Positions 18,244 to 26,396 of a stretch of DNA of 64,000 nt are shown here, one piece after another. The first letter of the stretch is position 1. The number at the start of each line of letters is the position of its first letter. Position numbers and translations under genes: made by a program. The stretch lies in contig JACPSJ010000001.1 of NCBI GenBank assembly GCA_016193315.1, positions 471,478 through 535,477 of the forward strand, in the 5' to 3' direction. The notes under the pieces were generated by a model, which worked only from the letters and a program-made list of their open reading frames with translations, ran no database searches and was not told the origin of the DNA. Origin of the DNA: Candidatus Kerfeldbacteria bacterium (GTDB taxonomy: Bacteria; Patescibacteriota; Patescibacteriia; SBBC01; CAIJZX01).

Positions 18244-20070
18244 ATGACCGCCCAGAAAATTCGCGACGAGTTCACCAAGTTTTTCGTCAAACACAGCCAC
18301 ACTCCTTTGCCTTCTTCGTCGCTCGTCCCGGACAACGACCCGACTGTCTTATTGACGACGGCCGGCATGCAGCAATTCAAACCGTACTTCCTGGGAGAAA
18401 AAGACCCGGTCAAAGAGCTGAAAACAAAACGCGTCACTACGATTCAAAAATGTTTTCGCACCTCGGACATCGAGCAGGTTGGTGATCCTTCGCACCTGAC
18501 GTTTTTTGAAATGCTCGGTAATTTCAGTTTTGGCGACTACTGGAAAACCGAAGCCATCGATTTGGCCTGGGAATTCCTCACTCAGAAACTCCACTTACCC
18601 GCCAGCCGACTGTGGGCGACCGTTTTTTCCGGCCATGGCACGATCCCGCGGGACCGAGTGGCGGAGCGGGCGTGGGCCAAGCATTTGCCGAAGTCTCGGA
18701 TCGTAGCCCATGGTCGGTCTGATAACTTTTGGGGACCGCCGGGCACGACCGGCTCCTGCGGCCCGAGTTCGGAAATTCACTGGCAGCTGGTTGAACAGCC
18801 GCAGGGCAAGCCCGGCGGCGACAACCCGGAATTCGTGGAGCTGTGGAACCTGGTCTTTACCGAGTATTTCCAAGATGAGCGCGGCCGGCTGTCTGAATTG
18901 CCGAAACGCAATATCGACACCGGCTTAGGCTTGGAGCGGTTGGCCATGGTGGTCGAACAAAAAAATCATGTCTTCGAAACCGACATTTACCAACCGCTTA
19001 TCCGTCAACTCCGTCAGCTTGAATCGTTCGGCCGGACTAGCCAACTTGATCTCGACCGCCGTCGCGAGCGAATCGTAGCCGATCATCTCCGCGGGGCGGT
19101 GTTCCTGTTGGCCGATGGCGTCCGTTTCTCGAATAAAGACCAGGGCTATATCCTGCGCCGGATTGTTCGTCGGGCCGCCGACCAGTTTCTCCAACCCGAG
19201 TTCAGTCTTGACCCGCTGGTAACTATCCTGATCATCCACCACCAGCGCTATCCAGAGTTGAAACGTCAGGCTGCCTCGATACAGCAACAGCTGGCAGATG
19301 AACTTGAACTCTACCGCCGGGTGCTGAATCTCGACGTCGCGTCGCTAGTTAAGAAATTGCGAAAATCGAAGCCGCGGGCCCAAAGCGAAGTAGAAGTCCT
19401 GGCCGGTCCTTCGCATGCCAATTTGTCAGCCGACGAAGCCTTCACCCTGTACGCCACACACGGTTTGTCGCTCGATCGTTTACAACGGCTCGGCTACATC
19501 TTCGATCAGCCGATGGTGGAACGTAAAATCGCCGCCCACCAAGAAATCTCCCGGGCTGGGGCGACCAAGAAATTCGGCGGCCACGGGCTGGGCCATGGAC
19601 CGGAGACGAGCGGTTTGAGCCAAGACCAAATCTGGCAAGTAACGCGGCTCCATACGGCCACCCACCTCCTGCACGCCGCCCTACGGCAGGCGCTTGGCAC
19701 CCAAGTCCGGCAGAACGGCTCAGACATTACGCCCGAACGGCTGCGCTTCGATTTTACCTTTGATCGGAAACTGACTGATGAAGAAAAGCTACGGGTGGAA
19801 AACCTGGTCAACGAGAAAGTCAAGGCCGATCTGCCGGTGAAATGGGAAGTCATACCGTATCAGCAAGCGATCGACCAGGGGGCGCTGGCATTTTTCAAGG
19901 AGAAATATGGCGACCAGGTCAAAGTCTATACGATCAATGACTTTTCAAAGGAACTTTGCAACGGCCCGCACGTCGAACACACCAACCAGGTTGGTAAATT
20001 CAAGATCACCGCTGAACAGTCAATCGGGCGTGGCCTACGTCGGATCAAAGCCGAAGTTCAGTCTCCATGA
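18244..20070 (+). CDS. alaS: Alanine--tRNA ligase (AlaRS) lacking the C-terminal C-Ala domain
   Basis: Class II catalytic core (FTKFFVKHSHTPLPSSSLVP ... TTAGMQQFKPYF), tRNA-recognition region and editing domain with HxxxH (HTATHLLHAAL) and CxxxH (CNGPHV). Ends directly after the editing domain. Confidence 0.9.
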   Translation: MTAQKIRDEFTKFFVKHSHTPLPSSSLVPDNDPTVLLTTAGMQQFKPYFLGEKDPVKELKTKRVTTIQKCFRTSDIEQVGDPSHLTFFEMLGNFSFGDYWKTEAIDLAWEFLTQKLHLPASRLWATVFSGHGTIPRDRVAERAWAKHLPKSRIVAHGRSDNFWGPPGTTGSCGPSSEIHWQLVEQPQGKPGGDNPEFVELWNLVFTEYFQDERGRLSELPKRNIDTGLGLERLAMVVEQKNHVFETDIYQPLIRQLRQLESFGRTSQLDLDRRRERIVADHLRGAVFLLADGVRFSNKDQGYILRRIVRRAADQFLQPEFSLDPLVTILIIHHQRYPELKRQAASIQQQLADELELYRRVLNLDVASLVKKLRKSKPRAQSEVEVLAGPSHANLSADEAFTLYATHGLSLDRLQRLGYIFDQPMVERKIAAHQEISRAGATKKFGGHGLGHGPETSGLSQDQIWQVTRLHTATHLLHAALRQALGTQVRQNGSDITPERLRFDFTFDRKLTDEEKLRVENLVNEKVKADLPVKWEVIPYQQAIDQGALAFFKEKYGDQVKVYTINDFSKELCNGPHVEHTNQVGKFKITAEQSIGRGLRRIKAEVQSP

Positions 20071-20109
20071 TCATTCTCGCCGTGTATCCGTCGAGGGATA
20101 ATTCTAACC

Positions 20110-20538
20110 ATGGTCGCGAATCAAGATTTTGATCATCGCTTGACCATTGTCGCCCGGCCAGACCTACCATCGTGGCAGAGCATGAACGCGGTGGCTCATG
20201 TGGCGGCCTACCTGGGCCATCAGATGACCGATCGTTTTGATACGGGTGAATGGTTCGTCACCAAGGATGGCATTCGCCTGCCGCGCAACACTCAGTACGC
20301 GATTATTATTCTTCGGGCTGACCGGCAGCGGGTCAATGATTTTTTGGAGCCAGCGCAAGAACACGATCTTATCCACCTCGGACTCGTTCGGGACATGATC
20401 GACACGACCAATGATCAAGAAATTGAAATAATCCTCAGCCACAAGTCGGCGACGGATGTTGAATACCTAGCCGTCGGGGCGTTTGCGCCGAACGACCGGC
20501 TCAAAAAAATAACTTTTGGGCTCGCTTTATGGAAATAG
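20110..20538 (+). CDS. DUF2000-like small protein
   Basis: 142-aa ORF whose pattern resembles DUF2000 family proteins (weak recall-based assignment). Confidence 0.4.
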   Translation: MVANQDFDHRLTIVARPDLPSWQSMNAVAHVAAYLGHQMTDRFDTGEWFVTKDGIRLPRNTQYAIIILRADRQRVNDFLEPAQEHDLIHLGLVRDMIDTTNDQEIEIILSHKSATDVEYLAVGAFAPNDRLKKITFGLALWK

Positions 20539-20837
20539 CGAAACCACCGTCCCGAACGCTCTACCTGGCTCTGACGATGCTCCTCGGCGTCACCGTCAGT
20601 TATGGCCTCCACGCCCTGATCGAACTGTGGTACCTATCCTGGGCGCAAAATACGGGTCGCCTGATCACCTGGACCCGCCACCTCGGAATCGGACTGTGTG
20701 CCTTACCGCGGTGGCTCCAATACGGTTTACTCGCCGCTGGATTGGTCGGCGGGTTCCTGACTGGTCGAGTCTGGTGGCGCTGGGTGTATGGGGAAGGGCG
20801 GCGGTGGCCCAGGCGGAAAATGGTAGGCACCCCATGA
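20529..20837 (+). CDS. Small 2-TM membrane protein
   Basis: 102-aa ORF with two hydrophobic helices. ATGA overlap with the downstream HAD gene. The alternative reading (N-terminal extension of HAD) looks non-coding. Confidence 0.45.
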   Translation: MEIAKPPSRTLYLALTMLLGVTVSYGLHALIELWYLSWAQNTGRLITWTRHLGIGLCALPRWLQYGLLAAGLVGGFLTGRVWWRWVYGEGRRWPRRKMVGTP

Positions 20838-21481
20838 TCCGACATCTCTGGTTTGATTTCAGCGAGACGATCGTGGTGCTCAGGCAGGAACGGCATGATC
20901 GCTTGCGCTATGAATCGTATGCGGCAGTAGTTCATCAGCCGGTCACCGATGCGCTGATGGCGGAATATAACCAACTATATAAAGTACATAAACAAAGTAA
21001 TGCGGCCGTTTTTCGATCGTTAGGATTGCCGGGGAGTTATTGGTCGGGCCGAGTCAACTCCGTAGCCCCGCTAGAACTGTATCAACTAGCCGACCCGAGT
21101 ATTCCTTCAGTTCTTGAAGATTTGAAAGAGTTGTTACCAATCTCCATCTTCTCGAATATCAAGCTCGAAAGCATCCTCCCGTCCTTTAGAATTAGTCCAT
21201 TATGGTTTACCAACATCCTGTCTGCCGGGATGGTCAAGGAGCCAAAACCGGCCCTTGACGGCTTCAAGAAAATGGTGGAGTTATCTCGCTGCCAACCAGC
21301 CGAAATCCTGTACATCGGTGATGACATTGAGAAGGATGTACGCCCGGCCAAGCAGGTTGGGATTCGAGCTGGATTGATGTGGCATCACTCTCCAGAGGCA
21401 GACTTTCAGTTTGAAAGGTTTTCTGATATGCTGTCGCTGGTGAAATCATTACCTGCCTCTCCGCGGGCGGCAAACCCATGA
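20834..21481 (+). CDS. HAD-superfamily hydrolase
   Basis: Begins with a DxS-type motif I (HLWFDFSETIV). C-terminal YIGDDIEKDVRPAKQVGIRAGLMW (motif III/IV). Confidence 0.7.
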   Translation: MIRHLWFDFSETIVVLRQERHDRLRYESYAAVVHQPVTDALMAEYNQLYKVHKQSNAAVFRSLGLPGSYWSGRVNSVAPLELYQLADPSIPSVLEDLKELLPISIFSNIKLESILPSFRISPLWFTNILSAGMVKEPKPALDGFKKMVELSRCQPAEILYIGDDIEKDVRPAKQVGIRAGLMWHHSPEADFQFERFSDMLSLVKSLPASPRAANP

Positions 21482-21873
21482 GCGCTATTTCGCTTTGGCT
21501 CGTCCTCCACCTGAGCGGTGCGGCACTAGTGGCCGCCCTCATCATCGCGGCGGTGATCGCCCTGCTCCACAGGCGTCGCCAGTGGTACCGACCAGTCGCA
21601 TTTGGCTTGGCGATTCTGGTTGGGTGGCAACTCACCACCGGCGCTTGGCTTTCCCTTCTCTCCACTCATTCACCTTCGCTCGGTGCTTACTGTCGTAATA
21701 TTGGGCTCTACCTGCTCGTCATCGCGGCCACTTTATTCTGCCTGTACCGACGCATGCAGGTGGAGCGGTTGAAACGATTCCCCCTGCCTTTGACTTTGGC
21801 CAGCGGGGGAATCGGGATACTGGTCGCGGTGTTGGCGGCCTTGTCAATATTCGGAAAACTGGCTAGACTATAA
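21478..21873 (+). CDS. Small polytopic membrane protein
   Basis: 131-aa ORF with four hydrophobic segments. ATGA overlap with the HAD gene. Confidence 0.5.
   Translation: MSAISLWLVLHLSGAALVAALIIAAVIALLHRRRQWYRPVAFGLAILVGWQLTTGAWLSLLSTHSPSLGAYCRNIGLYLLVIAATLFCLYRRMQVERLKRFPLPLTLASGGIGILVAVLAALSIFGKLARL
21841..21869 (+). promoter_or_regulatory. Putative promoter for the metK leader (TTGTCA-N17-TAGACT)
   Basis: ttgtca 21841-21846, 17-nt spacer, tagact 21864-21869, placed just before the riboswitch start. Confidence 0.35.
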
Positions 21874-21882
21874 CCACAACCC

Positions 21883-22078
21883 ATCTATCAAGAGCGCAGA
21901 TCAGAGCCCTGGCTCGATGCCGGCCGTCGTCAATCGGCGCCGGCGGTAATCTGCCGACAACCTACCCCGAACCGAAGCATCAGCCATCGGTTCGCCGGCA
22001 AGGTGCCAATTCCAGCCTCATTCGTTTGAGTGGGGGAAGATAGCAGCGATCGTTGCGCTTCCCCCAGCCGGGAAAGCG
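21883..22078 (+). ncRNA. SAM-I (S-box)-like riboswitch with apparent translational (SD-sequestering) expression platform, upstream of metK
   Basis: CUAUCAAGAG at the 5' end. GCAGAU/AUCUGC P2 pairing. GACAACC and AAGGUGCCAAUUCCAGC conserved core. P4 hairpin CUCA-UUCGUU-UGAG. 3' P1 strand GAAGAUAG. Then GGGGGAAG ... CUUCCCCC hairpin and CUUCCC complementary to the GGGAAAG SD-like sequence before the ATG at 22081. Confidence 0.7.
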
Positions 22079-22080
22079 TT

Positions 22081-23151
22081 ATGCATCTGCCGCCGGTCTA
22101 CACGGTTGAGTCGGTCACCAGTGGTCATCCCGACAAGGTTTGCGACCAGATTTCGGACGCCATTCTCGACGCCTGCCTGGCGCAAGACCCGTATTCCCGG
22201 GTAGCCGTAGAAACGTTCGGCGCCCACGGCCAACTGATGATTGGCGGCGAGGTGACGACCACCGCGGACGTTGATTACGCCGCCATTGCCCGCCACGTGT
22301 ACCACCACATCGGCTACGGCGACGGGATCGACATCAACGTTCACGTTTCCTCCCAGTCGCCCGACATCGCCCGGGGTGTCGATGCCGGTGGCGCCGGCGA
22401 TCAAGGAATCATGTATGGCTTTGCGACCGATGAAACACCCGAAGGACTGCCCGCCGGCGTCGTTCTTGTCCATCGCCTGACCAAGGGCTTAGAGAATCTG
22501 CGCCGACATGACCAGCGCTTTTCCTTCCTTGGCCCTGACGGCAAGGCCCAAGTGAGTATTGAGCGTCGGGGCGTGAGCGCGGTGGTCGTCAGCGCGCAGC
22601 ATAACCAAGGGGTGACGCTGGAGGAACTCCGACGAGCATTATCTGATCATTTGGTCGAACCAGTGATCGATAGTCTTGACGGTGTGGGGGCCCATATCAA
22701 TCCGGCCGGGGCCTGGCACCGGGGGGGATTCGCCGCCGACACCGGACTGACTGGGCGGAAAATCATGGTCGATACCTACGGCGGAATTATCCCGCACGGC
22801 GGTGGGGCGTTTTCCGGCAAAGACGCCACCAAGGTTGATCGCTCCGGGGCCTACATGGCCCGTTTCGTGGCCAAGCAGATAGTGGCCAAAGGGTTGGCCA
22901 GACAATGTTTGGTGTCAGTGGCCTATGCCATCGGAAAAGCGGAGCCGGTAATGGTCGCAGCCACAGACGAAAATGGTCGAGACATTTCAGCCCACGCTCG
23001 GCAATTCGATTTTCGGCCCCAGGCTATTATTGAACGGCTCGGACTACGCCAGCCGATCTTCCAGCAGACTGCTGCGTACGGCCATTTTGTCGTATTAGTG
23101 TGCAGCCGTTGGTTCCACAACTACAGAAGCTGCCGCGCCGAACGGTCCTGA
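22081..23151 (+). CDS. metK: S-adenosylmethionine synthetase MetK
   Basis: ESVTSGHPDKVCDQISDAILDA ... GGGAFSGKD ... TAAYGHF motifs. The C-terminus after GHF is shorter than and divergent from E. coli MetK. Confidence 0.9.
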   Translation: MHLPPVYTVESVTSGHPDKVCDQISDAILDACLAQDPYSRVAVETFGAHGQLMIGGEVTTTADVDYAAIARHVYHHIGYGDGIDINVHVSSQSPDIARGVDAGGAGDQGIMYGFATDETPEGLPAGVVLVHRLTKGLENLRRHDQRFSFLGPDGKAQVSIERRGVSAVVVSAQHNQGVTLEELRRALSDHLVEPVIDSLDGVGAHINPAGAWHRGGFAADTGLTGRKIMVDTYGGIIPHGGGAFSGKDATKVDRSGAYMARFVAKQIVAKGLARQCLVSVAYAIGKAEPVMVAATDENGRDISAHARQFDFRPQAIIERLGLRQPIFQQTAAYGHFVVLVCSRWFHNYRSCRAERS

Positions 23152-23261
23152 CCATCACCGCCCTCGGCTCGCCACGGTTAGTCCTGGCACGGGTTCTACC
23201 GTCACTCTTCGGGACGGCCTACGGTACCAAGTTCAAGGTCTTCAAACCCCGGCCGAAAGTC

Positions 23262-23606
23262 ATGATGATTGGTCGCCTGGTCTGCGCTTACCCTGACGGA
23301 CTGAGTAAACCGATGTCCAAGTGGACTATCGTTAGCGATCTTGAAGTATCACATTTTGTCACCGCTAAGGACTTGATTCAAAAGAACCCGCAATTGCCAG
23401 TCCGGGTAACCAAACGACCGGCTAGCACGTACGCCGTCATCCGGCACATTGGTCCATACGCCAAGGAAGGTCCGACGATCAAACGGCTTCATGAATACAT
23501 GAAAGCAAACCACCTGAAGATCATCGGGCCGCACGAAGAAGTCTACCTGACCCGGCCCGGCCCGAAAGCGAAGACGATTATACGCTACGCCGTCCAGAAG
23601 CGATGA
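23262..23606 (+). CDS. GyrI-like (AraC effector-binding/SOUL fold) small-molecule-binding domain protein; start uncertain (tracked ORF begins at GTG 23100)
   Basis: C-terminal segment YAVIRHIGPYAKEGPTIKRLHEYMKANHLKIIGPHEEVYL matches the GyrI-like half-domain. Confidence 0.4.
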   Translation: MMIGRLVCAYPDGLSKPMSKWTIVSDLEVSHFVTAKDLIQKNPQLPVRVTKRPASTYAVIRHIGPYAKEGPTIKRLHEYMKANHLKIIGPHEEVYLTRPGPKAKTIIRYAVQKR

Positions 23607-24031
23607 ACCAAACACGGTCGCTAGCCACCGTCGCCATCTACTTCGCTAGCCTCGGCATTTTGCTGTCCGGGTATCTATCATATCAAACGCTGTTCGCGCC
23701 CATCGGCTGCTCACAAGCGCTGATCACCTGTGGCGGCACGCCGGTGGAGTTCTTCGGGATACCGCAATGCGTCCTAGGTTTTATCATGTTCTTGGCCGCG
23801 GCCATTGTCTCAATCTTAATCTTGGAATCGATGCGACCGGCGCCATGGTTGTCCATCCAGCTCTGGTTGAGCCTGGCCGGGACACTGTTTGCCGCCGGTC
23901 TGTCGGTTTATGAACTGTGGCTCCGTCAACCGGCGCCGACCACTATGCCGTCATGCGTCTATGGGTTCTTTCTGTATCTTGGTGTTCTGATCGCCACGAT
24001 CCTGGCTCGACGTCAGGAGGTGAGAGCATAA
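23603..24031 (+). CDS. 4-TM membrane protein, paralog 1 of a tandem triplet (contains Cx6C loop motif)
   Basis: 142 aa, four hydrophobic helices. CSQALITCGG. C-terminus ARRQEVRA shared with the two downstream paralogs. Confidence 0.6.
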   Translation: MNQTRSLATVAIYFASLGILLSGYLSYQTLFAPIGCSQALITCGGTPVEFFGIPQCVLGFIMFLAAAIVSILILESMRPAPWLSIQLWLSLAGTLFAAGLSVYELWLRQPAPTTMPSCVYGFFLYLGVLIATILARRQEVRA

Positions 24032-24396
24032 AATCTCTAGGGAAAACCATCGGCTATGGTCTGCTGTTGATCCCGATTTGGTTTTTGACGCTGTTCGTAC
24101 GGTCGATCATCTACGCCAGCGAACAGCCAATTGACTTTATCAGTGCCAATATTATTGCGGCGGTGGTAATGGCGGGTGCAACCTGGTGGCTGGGGCGGAA
24201 GATGAGGCTGGCCACGAAGACTGACACTGGTCTGGTCGGTATGGTATGGGTGGTAACCGTGGTCGTGGTCCTGGTCGTGGTGGCCTTTGGGAATCGAACG
24301 CCAGGGATCGTCTTTAGCAATTGGTCAGTGTACCTGACCTACGTTGGCATCTTAGTTGGCACCTTCTTAGCCCGACGAAAGGAGGTGAAAGCATGA
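24028..24396 (+). CDS. 4-TM membrane protein, paralog 2; apparent non-canonical ATA start (or start-codon-mutated pseudogene)
   Basis: Homologous to paralog 3 from the first codon (IKSLGKTIGYGLLL vs MKYPGKIISYGLLL). Same GGAGGTGA SD context. ATA at 24028 sits exactly where paralog 3 has ATG. Confidence 0.5.
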   Translation: MKSLGKTIGYGLLLIPIWFLTLFVRSIIYASEQPIDFISANIIAAVVMAGATWWLGRKMRLATKTDTGLVGMVWVVTVVVVLVVVAFGNRTPGIVFSNWSVYLTYVGILVGTFLARRKEVKA

Positions 24397-24809
24397 AATA
24401 TCCAGGAAAAATTATCAGTTACGGACTGCTACTATTTCTTGTCTGGCTGCTGTCGTCATACGTTTCTGCCTTGGCGACCGGGACGCAGGGGCAGGGTCCG
24501 CCTGAGGTTGACTTCAACTCCCGGCCGTTAGTGATCTCCGGCGTTAGCATCGCCCTGCTCATGGCTGGCGCAGCTTATTGGTTCAGCCGTAATCTCCATC
24601 TGCCCACGAAACGCGATGCGCTCATCACGAGCGTGTGGTGGATTGTGATCGTGGTGGCGTTGCAGATCTTGGTGATGTGGCCGTATCAAACAACGCCGGC
24701 ACTCTTCAGTGCCTGGGCGATGTACTTTCCCTATCTGGGCATTGTCTCCGCGGCGACGCTTGGTGTTCAAAAGACGAACCCTGTTTCCACGCAAAATCCG
24801 TATCCCTGA
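24393..24809 (+). CDS. 4-TM membrane protein, paralog 3
   Basis: ATG preceded by GGAGGTGA. Four hydrophobic helices. Overlaps the upstream paralog as gcATGAaa. Confidence 0.6.
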   Translation: MKYPGKIISYGLLLFLVWLLSSYVSALATGTQGQGPPEVDFNSRPLVISGVSIALLMAGAAYWFSRNLHLPTKRDALITSVWWIVIVVALQILVMWPYQTTPALFSAWAMYFPYLGIVSAATLGVQKTNPVSTQNPYP

Positions 24810-24989
24810 ACTAGGGCTCCTCAGCCAGACTAGGAGAAGTCGATGTTTATGGGCCGGCGGCGCTGAACCCCAAGGTTTGCGAAGTATCAGCAACTTGACA
24901 GCATCTTGCGCTTGTGCTGCGGTTTTTTTATAATCCAATTTAACCACTCGAATTTACGAATTTTTAGCTTATTCCTTAACCCTCGCCAT

Positions 24990-25772
24990 ATGAAACACAC
25001 TTCTATAGGAGTAGCCATTAGCCTGGCCGCGTTGGCAGTGTTCGCATTTGCCACCGCGGCTTCAGCCAATCACAGCTGGGGTCCGCCGTACCACTGGGCC
25101 AGGACGAGTAACCCGTTCACCCTTAAGGTTGGCGATAACGTTTCATCTAGCTGGGATTTTTATTTAGACACCGCGATCGCTGATTGGAGCCAGTCGAGTG
25201 TTCTCGACATGACGAAGGTGGCTGGCGGCACGCGACCAAAGACTTGCCGCCCGACTGCTGGTCGGGTTGAAAGCTGCAGCGCGAGGTATGGCAACACCGG
25301 CTGGCTCGGCATCGCCCAGATCTGGATCACCGGCGGCGAACACATCACCCAAGGCGTGGTGAAAGTCAACGACTATTACTTCAGCCAGCCATACTATAAT
25401 ACCGCCGGTTGGCGAAGTTTGGTGATGTGCCAGGAGCCTGGTCATACCCTAGGCCTTGGCCACCAGGACGAGAATTTCAACAACGACCCGATTCAGCCGC
25501 ACACCTGCATGGATTATTTCATCCCGGAGGCAAATGAAATTGTCCATCCGAACCAGCATGACTACGAGCAGCTGGAAGACATCTACAGCCACCTCGATAC
25601 CACCACCACGATTAGTCAAGCGGCTACCAGCCCGAGGTCATGGCAGTCAGCCCAGGCACCGCGCGAGTGGGGTCGAGAAATCCACCGTTCGCCTGATGGT
25701 CAGGCTTCAGTCTTCGTTCGTGATCTCGGTCTCGGTCGGAGGATTGTAACGCACGTCTTCTGGGCGGAATAA
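24990..25772 (+). CDS. Secreted zincin-like metallopeptidase-like protein with a degenerate QExxHxxGxxH motif
   Basis: Signal peptide MKHTSIGVAISLAALAVFAFATAASA. Motif CQEPGHTLGLGHQDE resembles the astacin/serralysin/snapalysin HExxHxxGxxH with the first His replaced by Gln. Confidence 0.55.
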   Translation: MKHTSIGVAISLAALAVFAFATAASANHSWGPPYHWARTSNPFTLKVGDNVSSSWDFYLDTAIADWSQSSVLDMTKVAGGTRPKTCRPTAGRVESCSARYGNTGWLGIAQIWITGGEHITQGVVKVNDYYFSQPYYNTAGWRSLVMCQEPGHTLGLGHQDENFNNDPIQPHTCMDYFIPEANEIVHPNQHDYEQLEDIYSHLDTTTTISQAATSPRSWQSAQAPREWGREIHRSPDGQASVFVRDLGLGRRIVTHVFWAE

Positions 25773-25797
25773 CGCTTCTGAGCTGAACAGTAGAGAA

Positions 25798-25830
25798 AGA
25801 ACACCCCGCTGGGGTGTTCTTTCGGTTTTT
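25798..25830. terminator. Rho-independent terminator (possibly bidirectional)
   Basis: agaacacccc-gctg-ggggtgttct 10-bp stem followed by ttcggttttt. Lies between convergent genes. Confidence 0.7.
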
Positions 25831-26024
25831 GACATCATTCCTTGCCTGGTTGTGATAGACTTGATGGTGTGGTTCACCAGAAGCTGATCATCTCCCTCAG
25901 CGTCGCGGCGGTTGTTGCCACGGCGGTAATACTTTTCTTTCAGGATCGTTCGTCTGAGCGCCCTGAGCAGAAGACTATACGGCAGTTTGTTCAAGTCGAC
26001 TTCATTGACTTGCGGTAGATCGGG

Positions 26025-26396
26025 TCAATCTCCAAGTTCCGGTCTGGCATGGGGCACGATTTTTCCGGTGGCGGTGAAACGTGTCGGAGCATGAAGCATT
26101 ATTTCACACCCTTCGGGCGCTTGACCGCCGATGCTCAAGGCGGCGGCCATGTCGTCCACGTCCCACCCGGACAAATCGGTGAACCGCTGGACATCGAAGT
26201 TGCTTCCTCGAAAGCCCAAGAGGTATTGACGAAACGATCGCCAGTGGGTTTCCGGTCCTTGGTATAACTGGTTCCATTCGTCACGCTCCCTTGATTCAAC
26301 CGCCAGCATCCGGATATCGAAGCCGAGGCGACGAATAAAGCAGACGGTCTCCCAGGCATTCAGTGCCTGTTCCAATCGCTCAATCACTTTTGGCAA
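26025..26396 (-). CDS. Hypothetical small protein (TTG start with perfect GGAGGTG SD)
   Basis: 123-aa minus-strand ORF. On the reverse strand the start reads ggataGGAGGTGtaccTTG. Confidence 0.5.
   Translation of the reverse strand: MPKVIERLEQALNAWETVCFIRRLGFDIRMLAVESRERDEWNQLYQGPETHWRSFRQYLLGFRGSNFDVQRFTDLSGWDVDDMAAALSIGGQAPEGCEIMLHAPTRFTATGKIVPHARPELGD

Noticed and set aside
20516-20833. N-terminal extension of the HAD hydrolase ORF from 20516
   Set aside because: The extension (MGSLYGNSETTVPNALPGSDDAPRRHRQLWPPRPDR ...) is low-complexity and overlaps a better-looking 2-TM small ORF in another frame. The HAD motif I (DxS, in HLWFDFSETIV) follows directly after the Met at 20834.
23100-23261. 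N-terminal extension of the GyrI-like ORF starting at GTG 23100, overlapping the metK 3' end; a possible metK frameshift
   Set aside because: The extension is Pro/Leu/Arg-rich, unlike coding sequence. The alternative frames show no similarity to the normal MetK C-terminus (REHFPWEK ...), so a frameshifted metK is not supported. The GyrI-like gene more likely starts at an internal ATG (23262 or nearby).
25707-25994. 95-aa minus-strand ORF between the zincin-like gene and the 26025-26396 gene
   Set aside because: It would read through the strong stem-loop terminator at 25798-25830 and overlap the end of the plus-strand gene. Judged spurious.
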